DNA of 49,462 bases, counting the filler, from Bipalium vagum (lineage: Eukaryota), in the NCBI GenBank assembly GCA_037834085.1. It is 3 parts of 3 records of this genome, joined end to end, with 100 filler letters (N's around TTAATTAATTAA, not from the genome) between each part and the next. Parts side by side here need not be neighbours in the genome. Positions count along the whole stretch, not along the records: positions 17,493 to 33,353 come from JBBMKC010141772.1; positions 33,454 to 49,462 come from JBBMKC010132823.1; 1 more part is not named here. One strand, written 5' to 3'. The notes beneath the pieces are model-generated. The model saw nothing but the letters and a program-made list of their open reading frames with translations, was not told the DNA's origin and searched no databases. The translations under genes and the position numbers were made by a program. This document shows positions 24,306 to 36,181 of this stretch, piece after piece. Every line of letters begins with the position of its first letter. Position 1 is the first letter of the stretch.

Positions 24306-27300
24306 ATGAATTCTAATCACATTTTGTTAAAATGCTTTTTCATTATTTGGATATTAACTGTTGCCAACGGTTCGTCCCCTTGTTTTTCAGATACGGGAAA
24401 AGGGACGTTCTGTCAAGCTGATTTTATCACCATAGTTCAAGATGTGACAGCCCATGCTACCAGTACATGTGGGCAGCAACATAATACTGAAAACATTTGC
24501 CGCAATTTGTATTCACCGTCAGGGTTTGATATGCAGAACTGTATCAAATGTGATGAAAGAATTCCCAATTTGTCGAGGAACGTTAGCTTTGTGTTAGATC
24601 GTCATATTAGGGATAAAGAAACGTTTTGGATTTCGGGCCTTATACCTCAGTCTATTAATACACATGTCATCAATATCACAATAAATTTAAAGAAGCTGTA
24701 TGAAGTTTATTATATTACAATTGAATTTAATGGTCATATTCCTGACTCGATGATTTTGTACAAAAGCAGTGATCATGGCAAGACCTGGACACCATGGAAT
24801 TACTTTTCATCCTCTTGTCAAAAATCATTCAACATGCGAAGAAGTAACCCACTGCATATAATTCACCAGAAGCGTATTAATAAAATAGAACCCGTGTGTT
24901 TTTCCTTCACAAAGAGCACACAAAATATTACTAATAATTATAAAGTAGTTCCATTCAATCCTATGATCGGTCGTAACGCTCTATCGTTTGATATTGCTCA
25001 TGTTAAAGAATGGGTAAGTCTCACGGATTTTAAAATATCAATGTTTGTCGATGTGAGTAAAAAGAGGAAAAAACCTCTACCAATGTATTTAGCAATATCT
25101 GATATAACAATTGGAGGAAGGGGTCAATGTTTCGGACATGCCGCATCGTTAATAAGAAAAAACAACACCTTAGTCTGTGACTGTAAACATGGAACAACAG
25201 GGCCCGATTGTTCGAAATGCTTGAGTACCCATAATGATCAACCTTGGAAGTTGCTTTATAATTCAGCTTCAAATGAACGTTTTTGTGAAAGTAATTTTAA
25301 TTGCCATATCGAAAGCATTTAAAAAATCTTGATTTTTTTAAAAGGTTGTCATTGTAACAATCACGCCGACGAATGTGAATTCGACCAAAGGATCTATGAG
25401 GAGTCCGGTAAAAAACATGGAAGTCGATGTTTGCGCTGCCAGCACCATACTACAGGTCCACATTGTGATTCCTGTTCTCCTGGCTATTATAGAAATCGCG
25501 CATTCCCTGTAAATCATCTTCAAGTCTGTCAAGGTGAATAAAATCTCCAATTACATAATTATAGTATTATATCATAATGAAAATTATTAAATGATATTTC
25601 TGGAGTTTAAATCATGAACTGTTTTTAAAGTTCATCAATTATAAAAATTAATAATAATAATTAATAATTAATTATTATTATTAATTATTATTATTATTAT
25701 TAAGTTAATTACAAATTAATTAATAATTTAAAGAATACATTTTAAAACAAAAAAGAACTTTTATTTCAAAAAAATTAAAAAGGTTAAAGGTCAATTCTTA
25801 AGAAACTATGTCATCATTTCCATTTTCATTGTAATATAATCTTATCGAGCTGAGAAATGTTAAACATTTGTCTAATACAATTTATTAGTAATAGTTGTAA
25901 TTGCGTTGCCACAGTTAATGGAATTATTACAAATACTTCTGCTAAAATGGATATTGATAATCAAGTTGATGAAAAAAAAGGAAACGATATCATCATTGTT
26001 TATCATCAAAAGTTCGAGCCTCCAAATAAATTTGCGACATTGTTAAAGCATATCTGAAATAAACGTTCGGAGAAAGTTGTAACATGCAATAAGTGGAGAA
26101 ATAAATAGTTTTAGTGGAAATTTATATATACATAATTTATTTTTTATGGTTAATATTTCTTTTTACATAATAAATGACATAAACAGTATATCTGTGACTT
26201 CGTGTCAGAACTTGGTCTTTTACATAACGGTTTAAATCCAGTGTTAATAGGGTTAAAGGTAATGTTTAGCGTTTTCCTCCATATCTAAGAATCCTATGCT
26301 ATTCATAAAATGGGAAACGAACTCATACAAAAATGAAAAGTTGATCACAGAGTTGTTAAGTAAATTCACTTTAAATAGAATTTGTTGTGACCGACCTTTC
26401 GACTTGAAATAATGTTTGAAGAGAAACTAAAAATAATGCTAATAATCTCACTTTGCCAAATATTTTTAAAATGGAAAATAATTATATTTCAACTTTTGTA
26501 CATTGGCGAGAATGTTACAAAATCTAAGCGCCATTGAGTCTCAGAAGAAACGAGGATTCTGGAAATTTTATTTTCTCCTTCTAAGAATAATTCTTAAAAA
26601 ATTGAGAATTAAAACAAAAAATCATCGGGACTTGTTGAAAAGAAAGTTTTACATTTTTAATAAAAATAAGTTTCAGTAATCCAAATTTACTGGCCGAAAA
26701 AAAATATTAATAAATTATATTGATTTATTTTACCAATTTTCCAGACCAAAGTCCTCTATTGACTCTAAAATCGACATGAGATAGAAAATATCAGCAAGGA
26801 AACATGCATTTCTTTTCTGAGGCCTAAGGTTTCCAAGCATCATTCATACATGACCATTCTTTCTTTCTCAGCCTTCATGTTCTCATTGTCGAGATTCATC
26901 AGGCAATACGGTGTTTCCAGGTGACGACAACAAAAGAAAAATAATATTATAAGGAACAGTAAAATCCTGAATATTTTTCAATAAAATAATAATTTTCTTT
27001 TGCTATATGTTTGTCTAAAATATAAACCCACATTGATTTATCCCCAAATATGAGTTCTTTTGTGTTCAAAAAAGAATTATGATTTACATATGTTAATCTA
27101 CCTCATTGAAGTTAACCCTTTATTTTATATCTCTTGTCCACAAACATAGGCCTTCCTCAAGTAGTTTTGATTTTTATCTGAGCTCTGAAACAGGAAGCTC
27201 TTCACCGTTTGAGGTGGATAATATATATTTTCTTGAAATCTTTGATGAAATATTGACAAATATAACGTCCGTTCTGAATGGGTCTGCATAAAAAATAGGT

Positions 27301-30300
27301 CTGCTGATCAATAAGTCCTGATCCACATTATTCTCTTGAGGTGATCAATCTTAATAAGTATTTCGTATGGAGAAGTTTAATATTGTCAATTATTTTCCCA
27401 GAATGCAATTGTCATTCCATCGGGTCGGTACCGCAATCCCATTGTAATGAGACCACTGGGAACTGTCAATGCAAAAACGGGGTCGAGGGAAAATCGTGCA
27501 ATCGCTGCAAGAAAGGTTATCACCAAACAAAGTCAGAGATCACGCCATGTGTACCAGGTATATTTATTTACATTAATATCAAGATACAGGGAATGGTACC
27601 AAAATAATTTCCATTTTCATAATAAAGAAATAAATAAATAATTCGACATTCATACTAATGAAATAAGTAAAATATAAAAAAAGATATATAGAATTGCTTG
27701 ATGTCTTCATTGGAATATATAAATATTTTAATATATTATTCTTAAAATTCATTAATTGGTTCAAAAGTCGCTAATTAATTAAGAAAATCATTATAAAAGA
27801 TCCGATGGATCAAAGAAATATAAAGTCGATGGGAAATAAAGTCATTCTTCAATCTATTATAAGAAAAAAATCCGGTAATAATTTTATTTATTTATTTTCA
27901 GTGCGATTTTGACTAGGACTGGTTTAATTGATTTTCTGCCTTTCAGGGCTTTTATTTTTCATAAATATGTCCTTCATCTAACATGATATGTTGTTTTATT
28001 ACAAATGCCAAATTGTGCATTAACTGTCTAATTTTATCACACTTCATAGAATAAAGTATTTTAATTTTTATCTCAATTTCTTAAACCGATTTGCGACTTT
28101 TTGCGGTTTTCCCCGTATTGATTTTCGCTCAGGCGAACTGTTCGCCTTGTGAATTTCTAGGAGAAAGGCTTAGATCCTGGTAGCATTAGACATTTTCATA
28201 AAATTCTTTATTCATCTTTTTCTTAATCTTTTCATTATTCTAAAACTTTTTTTAAGGAATCCAGGAGTTTTATACTTCCGGAATTAATGGAAAAATTGAT
28301 ATATTAAAAATTGATATTGAAAAAATTACCCAATTAGAAGGAATTGAAATGTTACCACATCCTGCATTCAGTCCAGATCTAACACCCAGCAATTACTACT
28401 TTTACCGATCAATAGCTCATTTCCTTAGAAGACGACAGTTTGAGAATAAAGAACAGGTTGAAAATGAATGTCCTGATTTTTTCCTTTCCATAGATAAAGC
28501 ATGGTATCGGAGTGGTATCAAAAAAATTGCCCATCGTTGGATTAAGACAGTTGAACATAATGGTCTTTATTTTTCTGAATAAAACTTGTTTGATAGCTGG
28601 ATTCTTATCTGTAAAACATGCATAACATTTTCATTAAAAACGCACGAACTTATGAATCAACTCAATAATGTACGGTTTGATTGATGATAAGAATGTTTTC
28701 ATTTAAATAATTTGTCATATTTTCAATAAAAATAAACGAAAATAGTCTCAAAAGACGAACTGTACAAAAAATAAACTCCTTTATTAAAAATTGGGACAAT
28801 AGAGAACTCGAAGGAATAACCAAATATATGGACCAGGACTCCACTGTGTAAATTTAAATGATTGTCCATTTCCATAGCAACCATTCCTTTTGGTGTTGGA
28901 CGTCGTGGAATACCATTTCTCTAAACCGTTGTAATAGTTAAGAGTTTTTTGAAAAATTATATTATTAATAATTATTTATATTTATCAAGAATTGCAGAAT
29001 ATAATTTTCAAAAATAAATAAAACAAAGTCAAAATATCCCAGAAACATGGCACAATAATTTATAAACATTTAATAATTGTTAAAAAAAGCTTATAAAAAT
29101 ATAAATAATATAATTTTCTGAATTATGAGCGATAATATTCGAAATAAATATATAAATATGATCATAATAATAAAATTAATTATATTTTCTATTTTAAATT
29201 ATGAAAATTTTTTTATCATTTTATTTTATTAAAGTTAACTTTTGCCTCTTTTTATAAATTCGATAATAGATTGAATGATTTTATATCAATAAACATTTGA
29301 TTTTTGCAATTTTAATAATAATTATCATAATTAATTAACAAATTAACGAAATAATTAAATTTCATTATCGAAAATTAAATGTTAAAAGCAAACGAAGAAA
29401 AATGACAAAGAAAATTATTCAGAGTTTAATTGTTTATCTAAATGGGTAAATAAATAAAAAATTGTTATTAATGTCTTTTTTTATTATTTTCTAACGATTT
29501 AATGAAACATTTTAAGATTAGGATTTGTAACCAGTAGTCATAATAATAATAATAATAAAGTTAAAAATAAAAATTATAAAAGATAAAAAAACAATAAAAA
29601 TTAATAAAAAAAATAATAATAATAATAAAATAATAATTATTATTATTACTAATAGTGGATTTATTCTAAGATTTTATTTCATTTTTTTGATATGAGAAAT
29701 AATTTGTTAATTTTATTAATTATTTTCAGATGACAAAGAGAAAATGGTATCTACTGGTTAGTAAATTTATTTTTAATGATAAATTTAATTGAAATCACTG
29801 GACACATTCTTCGGTGAACACAAGTTCATATAATTAATGATCCAATTTTCTGCATCTGATTTTAATATGACAACTCCAATTAGTTGCAAATTATCTTCAA
29901 GCCATATCATCATCGTGGTCATTAGCATGGCCAGATTTCAGCATAAGCCTATTGAAAACTATAGAGAGAGATAGAGATAGAGAGAGCGAGATAGTGAGAG
30001 CATTACGTGAGGTATCAATGTTGGAAGCAACTGACTGTTTCATCACAACGATTTTTGACAGCAAATGTTTACGAAATCTAATTTGGTGTTAATATCCGTA
30101 AGTGAACCTTAAAAAACTATCAAATAATTCGTTTATTATAACGCTTTATGGACATATGGTTTTCATATGTTTCCTTTTGCTGATTTCACACACCACTGAT
30201 ACATTGCCAACGGAGCTTGGGGACAGAACTGTGATGGGAATCGGAGTATCACCTGTCTTTGCAGATAAAATTTGGAGAACTGAGATTTGTGAAGGAAAAA

Positions 30301-30719
30301 ATATGTGGATTTTCCTTTTCCCACTGAAAACAATTAGGAAAGTCTGTGGATTTTTTTTCTTTTTCAATAAAAACTGGAATTGAAAAATGATAATTTTTAC
30401 AATTTCACCATTCAATTTTTCGATGATAAAAATTCATGACTTAAAATAATAAAGTAATATAAATAAAATTTGTCAATTAATAAATGAAAATAATCGAATT
30501 CACTAATCAAATTGATGAAAAAATATTGGTGAAAGCTGTTAAAATGAAATCATTTTTATTTATTTTAAATGATTTATTTATTTTCCAAATATTAAGAAAA
30601 TAAAAATTAAGCTTTCTATATATTTTTTTCCAGACTTTATTGATGAAATTATTTCTCATTATATCAATGCAATGAAAAAATACAAAAATAATTGGGAAAA
30701 AAAGAAAAAATTAAATTAA
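24306..30719 (+). CDS. Netrin (signal peptide, laminin N-terminal domain VI, three LE repeats); 3' end tentative
   Basis: Exons 24306-25290, 25345-25533 and 27402-27557 are firm. The 27-nt exon 29730-29756 and terminal exon 30634-30719 are tentative. Motifs: PDSMILYKSSDHGKTWTPWNYFS, SGKKHGSRC (netrin SGRKSGGVC), CNETTGNCQCKNGVEGKSCNRCKKGYHQTKSEITPC (netrin V-3). Confidence 0.85.
28310..28667 (+). mobile_element. Mariner 3' fragment in a netrin intron
   Basis: MLPHPAFSPDLTPSNYYFYRSIAHFLRRRQF..WYRSGIKKIAHRWIKTVEHNGLYF, followed by the TIR-like sequence AAAACGCACGAACTTATGAATCAAC. Confidence 0.85.
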
Positions 30720-31529
30720 AATTTTTTTCGTTTAAAATTAATAATCAACAGGAATAAATTTTTATTAATCAAATTGATGGAAACTGTTTAAATCAAACAA
30801 TTCAAATTTATTTATTTACTTATTTGTTTATTTATTTATGTGATAAAAAGATTTAAGATAATAAAAAAAGAAAAATTAAGCCTTCTACATTTTTCTTAAT
30901 ATTTCTAGACGTTCAAGGAATGTATTCAACAGAAGCATTGTGAAGAGGGATTATTGTTTGTTTAAAAAATAAATCTCTAATATATCGAATTACAGATTTG
31001 ATTTAAAGTAATCTAATAAAAAATTGATTTTCTGAGGAATAAATCAATTAACTGTTAATGTCATTTTTAAAAAATAAACAGGAACTTATTTGGATACCTA
31101 ATAATATTTTATACTACAATGATATGTGATCCAAATAGGTTTGTAATCAATATTAAATAAATATATTGATTGAGTAAAACTATAAGAATTTATTTATCCA
31201 AGTCAAAGGCATCATTTGTTACATGTAGGATGAGGAAAGTAAAAAAAGTCTTAAACGTATATAATGAGGGTTACAGTTGCAGAAAATATTATGATAGTAA
31301 AGAATATCAAAGAAATAATTATTCTGTTATATTTTATATAAAGACTGAAAACTATAAGTAAATTTATAATAATAGTCAAACGGGGTACCAAGTAAAGTTC
31401 CATAGAAAATCGTGAACATTTCAAATAGAAAAGGTGCTGAACAGAATATAATTAGATATTTATCAACAATGACTTTTATAAATGTGCAAGGAAACCCAAA
31501 AATCAAGCCTTTCTAAAAAAATATTTTTT

Positions 31530-31800
31530 CCAGAAATCGTATAACATTTTATGATGAATATTCACTTCAAATATTGACAGACCAAAATGATGCTGTTCAG
31601 ATCGTCTCTCAACTGATTCAACTAATGAGTCATCCTGTATGCTATCTGCTCTCCCAAGCACTGTTCTAAGTGCATTTTTATATTGTGTATGAATTTAAAT
31701 GTTTTTGTTCTTCTTTTTGACTCAAAATTTTGGGGTATGAAACGATCTGCCAGGTTCATATCAAGAGATTAAGGTGCTTGTGGATTTTGATAGATTGCAT
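31530..31800 (-). mobile_element. Decayed Tc1/mariner-superfamily fragment
   Basis: DNDTPHV..QFLEQNAI..PQAP*SLDMNLADR (compare DNARPH..PPYSPD). Confidence 0.55.
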
Positions 31801-32149
31801 TCTGCTCCAAGAATTGATAAATTTGACTACATGAGGGGTATCGTTGTCCTATATAATAATTAGGTTTCTTTGTTAATGTTTGAATTTCAGATCATCTGAT
31901 TTCAAACAAGATTTAATCGGATAATAGAATATTTTATAGAAAATATAAATGCAAAATTAAAAGCTCTGTTTTTGAGTTCCCCTATATTTTAATATATATT
32001 TATTAATATTCTGAGCCAAATCATAATTCAGTGATATTTATTCTATAATTAAAATTTATTTTATAATTATTAAAATAAATTCAGCGAGAATAATTAAAAC
32101 AAGCATTTTAAGCTTACTCATTGGTCTAAATTTATAATAATTTCCTGGC

Positions 32150-32500
32150 AAAAAACATTTATTTTTTTCGTTTATTCGTGGATTAATACATTCTTCAGAA
32201 ATGTCAGCCCATGTATTATAAAAAGCCCAGGTTTATGAAAAGCTGCATTTCCAACCTTTGGAAATTTCTTTTCTCCGATCACCCAACCTAAAAAGCGAAT
32301 TCGTCCCAGTACTATTTTCCTCTTTCCTTTGACTTCTGCTTTAATAGTTCGTTTATGTAACATAAAACAGTTTTATGCTGGATTTTTAAATGGTTTTTTA
32401 TTACTTTTGCCACATCAAAAAATCTCTTAACTAAACAATAAATTATCAATATATTAACAGTTTTGCTTTCAAGAGTTAAAATCAGACAGGATTCGATCAT
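32150..32500 (-). mobile_element. Tigger/pogo DDE remnant
   Basis: KQKSKER and VIGEKKFPK resemble the Tigger motifs KxSKERxT..VIGKxKxPRCF. Confidence 0.5.
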
Positions 32501-32739
32501 AATAATAAATACGCTTGCGATGGGTATTTTATCAATATTGAAAATAGTGGAACATCAATTAATTAAAACATGTAAATGATATTATTTTTTTTGTTAAATT
32601 AAATAATGATAAATATTATTAAAATATTTATTATTAAAATATTTATTAGATTTAATTCTTTTTGTATGAACTATTCAGTGATTTGTCAGCATTTTTTCTG
32701 TAAAAGTGAATTTTGTTTAATTATTTTTTAATTATAACA

Positions 32740-32770
<31 letters not shown>

Positions 32771-33278
32771 ATCTTTGTAAATTAAATTTTTTATGAAAAA
32801 AGGAAACTAAAAAATCTTTGATTATATCATTGAATTCTTTATTAAATATATAATAGATAAAATAATAATATTAATAATATTCAGATTTTTACTTCTACGA
32901 ATATTTTGAAAAATAAAATAGATAATACGAAAAATCCTTGGTATTGATTAAAACAAATTGAGGTTTAAATAATTGAAATATTTTTTTGACTATTATTTAT
33001 TATTTCTAAAATAAATATTATATAAATATAATATTATTTTTGAAATTTTTTAAAATAAAAAAGACTATAAATAAAAAAAAATTTTCCATCACATTTTTAT
33101 TTTATTTGCGAATTCCAATTTCTGATATGTATTTAATTGACGTATTTATTATATTATATTCCTAAAAAAATGGAAAGATGATCTGCAAATAGAGCTTCTT
33201 TAAAAAAGACAGTTTTTTCCAAAATATTCCTCAAGACAAGAAGAGTTAATTATTATTGATTCACTTAAACAAACAGGC

Positions 33279-33282
<4 letters not shown>

Positions 33283-33353
<71 letters not shown>
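33283..33353. repeat. (TAT)n microsatellite abutting a gap
   Basis: Perfect run. Confidence 0.95.
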
Positions 33354-33453
33354 NNNNNNNNNNNNNNNNNNNNNNNNNNNNNNNNNNNNNNNNNNNNTTA
33401 ATTAATTAANNNNNNNNNNNNNNNNNNNNNNNNNNNNNNNNNNNNNNNNNNNN
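33354..33453. other. Assembly gap with artificial linker N44-TTAATTAATTAA-N44
   Basis: Directly visible. Flanked by (TAT)n on the left and a transposon end on the right. Confidence 0.95.
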
Positions 33454-33522
33454 TTTGTTTTTGATGAATTTTCGTCTTTAAATAATCGTTTACAAAGTCC
33501 AAGGACTTTATGCGCACCCTGT
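33454..33522. mobile_element. Terminal end of a Tc1/mariner-superfamily element truncated by the gap
   Basis: AAAGTCCAAGGACTTTATGCGCACCCTG followed by TA. The reverse complement begins CAGGGTG, a typical Tc1/maT-type terminus. Confidence 0.55.
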
Positions 33523-33559
33523 ATATTATATTATATTATAATAACTTCATAATGCAAAA

Positions 33560-34300
33560 TTTAAAATCTAAAACTTAAACTAAGTTTAAGTGAAAAACTT
33601 GAAATTATTGAAGCTTCGAAAACAAATACCAACAACATCGAATTAGCTAAGAAATGTTATGACCCAGAACAACAATAATTGAAATTTTAAAAGTGAAGTA
33701 CAGCCGATGGACTTAGAAATAATCAAAAATTTGAAAGTGCATATTAAATATTTATTATTGCACAAGAAAATTGCATCAATCGATAACAAAAATCTATTCG
33801 TAATAATAAAAATAGTTATATATTTAATATGATCCGTTTATTTATTCTCAAAAATGCTTGGCCTATGATAAACCTACTAAAATTAAAAATTGTTTTATGT
33901 ATGCTGAATTTTTTAAAAAAGTCTTGTGAAATTTCATCTGATTCTAGTATGACACTCATTGATTCTAATTAGCCCCTGGTACATTTGTTTGACACCTTTA
34001 AAGTTTATGGACTTCCTAAGGAAAATATTAGCCTATTAAAGTTTGCAATTTTTGATAACAAAGTTGCAACATGTTAAATTTTAACAGATTAAAGACCATC
34101 TTGTTGAAATCAATTATAACGATAATGATATTGAACCTATTGATAATCCGATACCAAAAATTTTTGACAGCGATTCCATAGATTCAATAAATAAGCTGTG
34201 TATGTATTTAGTGCAGCAGGAAAATTCACAAATGATTTTACAAGAAAGATGTTGTAAAACTTTAATTTTTTCTTTATTGAATAAAATTTGAAAAAGCCTA
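33560..34300 (+). mobile_element. Internally deleted Tigger/pogo-like remnant
   Basis: LSLSEKLEIIEASKTNTNNIELAKK (CENP-B/psq-type HTH start) and NAW..KIKNCFMYAEF (compare AW..TIxNCFxKAGF). Confidence 0.55.
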
Positions 34301-34402
34301 TTAATGTTAGATTAATATTATCTGAAGTTTATGAAAATAATAAAATACAGTTTTAATAACTTATTCTGTTTCTGTACTATCATTTAATGTATTCCTATAA
34401 TA

Positions 34403-35230
34403 TTAAAATATATTAAATAATGTATTAAATGAAGTCTCGCTATAAGATACGTTGGAGTCAGCTCCATTGACAGTATTTTGTACAAGAGAGTTACTTGTAA
34501 CCGAAGATATTGTGAATTTCGAAGCACTAAAGTTATTGTCAGAAGATCTTTTATTTTTTTGAATATGTTCTGACAGGATTTTTTTAACTCCCAGGAGCTC
34601 GGACCTTTCCGAGGCAATCATTGGATTTGACTGACGTTCCAGGGCTTAAAAATACTATTTTTTATTAACATTTTATTTTAATACAGACTTTGTCAATTTT
34701 TTTTTGATTAAATTATACCTACTTAATAATATTTTTTGTTGATTATCTTCTAATTACTTTAATTGATTTGTAACTGTTGACATTTTTGAATTTCCCAAGT
34801 TTTTAATTTCTTCTTTAGGGGTTTCAAAAATATAAATGCTCAATATCCATTTGAAGAGACTCACTGAGTTCCAAAGATTTACCGCTACTATCCATTTGAC
34901 TGTAATATAATTTACAACGATTTGTAATAAATTATAAATGTTCCTTTAGAGGTTATCGAAATTCATTAAGTATAATATTGGTATCCATTTACCTCACTAC
35001 TGTACACCGTTTTTTAAAAGTCCTGGTTAACTGAAGAATTTGACTTCATTTAACAACTTCTGATTCTAACATTATTCATTCGTTCTCATTTGTCCACTGA
35101 CCTTTATGTTGCCCTTCTTTCTGGTTCTTCATTAGCTTTTGATCGACAAGCCAGCTCTGCGTGAACAGCCAGTTTCTACACCAGATGATGATGTTGAGGT
35201 GTTCAAACCTCATGTTTTCAAGATACCTGA
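34403..35230 (-). pseudogene. Possible decayed spliced gene of unknown identity
   Basis: GC-richer blocks bounded by AG/GT and separated by short intron-like segments. Frames such as ETPKEEIKNLGNSKMSTVTNQLK*LEDNQQKILL contain stops or frameshifts. Confidence 0.3.
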
Positions 35231-35331
35231 TTTGATATGGGCAACATTTTTTGAAAATTGTTTCACATGTATGCAAAATGTATGGATCATAATTGAGAAT
35301 ATTTCGAAAAACAATATTAAAGTTCATTGTA

Positions 35332-35519
35332 TTGGGTTGTTCGTAAAGTCAATTCGCTTTTTTATACCTTAATTTGAAGGTCATTCTAAAGGTTGGGATA
35401 TTCAAATTGCCCGGTAGATGGTAGGTATTGGAAAAAAAAGGGCAATACATCATTGATTAAAACCTTTATTACTAATAAATCTTTTGGTCTTATGCGAAGT
35501 GCCTTTCCGAACAACCCAA
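35332..35519. mobile_element. Mariner-type MITE, 188 bp
   Basis: TIRs TTGGGTTGTTCGTAAAG / CTTTCCGAACAACCCAA (16/17 match), TA on both sides, no coding capacity. Confidence 0.85.
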
Positions 35520-36181
35520 TACAATACACAAGTATATTAGACTACTTTATCTTTTCTCAATACACATTGAGCCAAACAAATATTAATACTCAATTCAATT
35601 AAAAAATCTGAGAGTTGAATTAATTTTTGTGTTTTCATTGGTTTTCTTTAACTTGAATGTGGGAAAAACATTCCCATAAAACAATAAAATAGATTAACGA
35701 TTTTCTTGTTTTACTAAGCAGATTTTTCTTTAATTAGGAACAAATTTGTAACTACAATCCATGAATGGTAAACCACATTCACTCACATTAACAGAGGTAA
35801 CGAAAATCTTTCATATGGTTTAACTGATAATTTGATCTCGCAAATAATTGTTGATTTAATTTTTTGGAAAATAATAATTTAAAATTTGATTTCAAAACCA
35901 CAAGTTCTGGTAGAAAATCAAAAAAAATACTGTAAAAAAACAAGCAAAATAACAATAATTTTCTATTATTGATTTTTTCATTTATCTGTGCCAATATAGA
36001 AAAACAGCACAGACACACGTGACAAAATGTCTTTGTTATTTAATTTGTAATTGTTAATCGAATTTGATTGGTTCGTTTTGTCTTTTGTTGGAATATGTTT
36101 TCGTTTATCTTTGGTGAATTTCCAGTTTTTTCATTACGTAGATTTTTTGTTTTTTGATCATTATTTTTAAGGAAACGAAAA

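Noticed and set aside
29800-30415. ORFs 30102-30383 (+) and 30146-30415 (-) as netrin NTR exons or a nested gene
   Set aside because: No NTR cysteine pattern or fitting splice sites. Possibly a very decayed retroelement fragment, but not supportable.
36016-36023. E-box CACGTGAC upstream of Rab3
   Set aside because: A single short motif with no TSS or conservation evidence.
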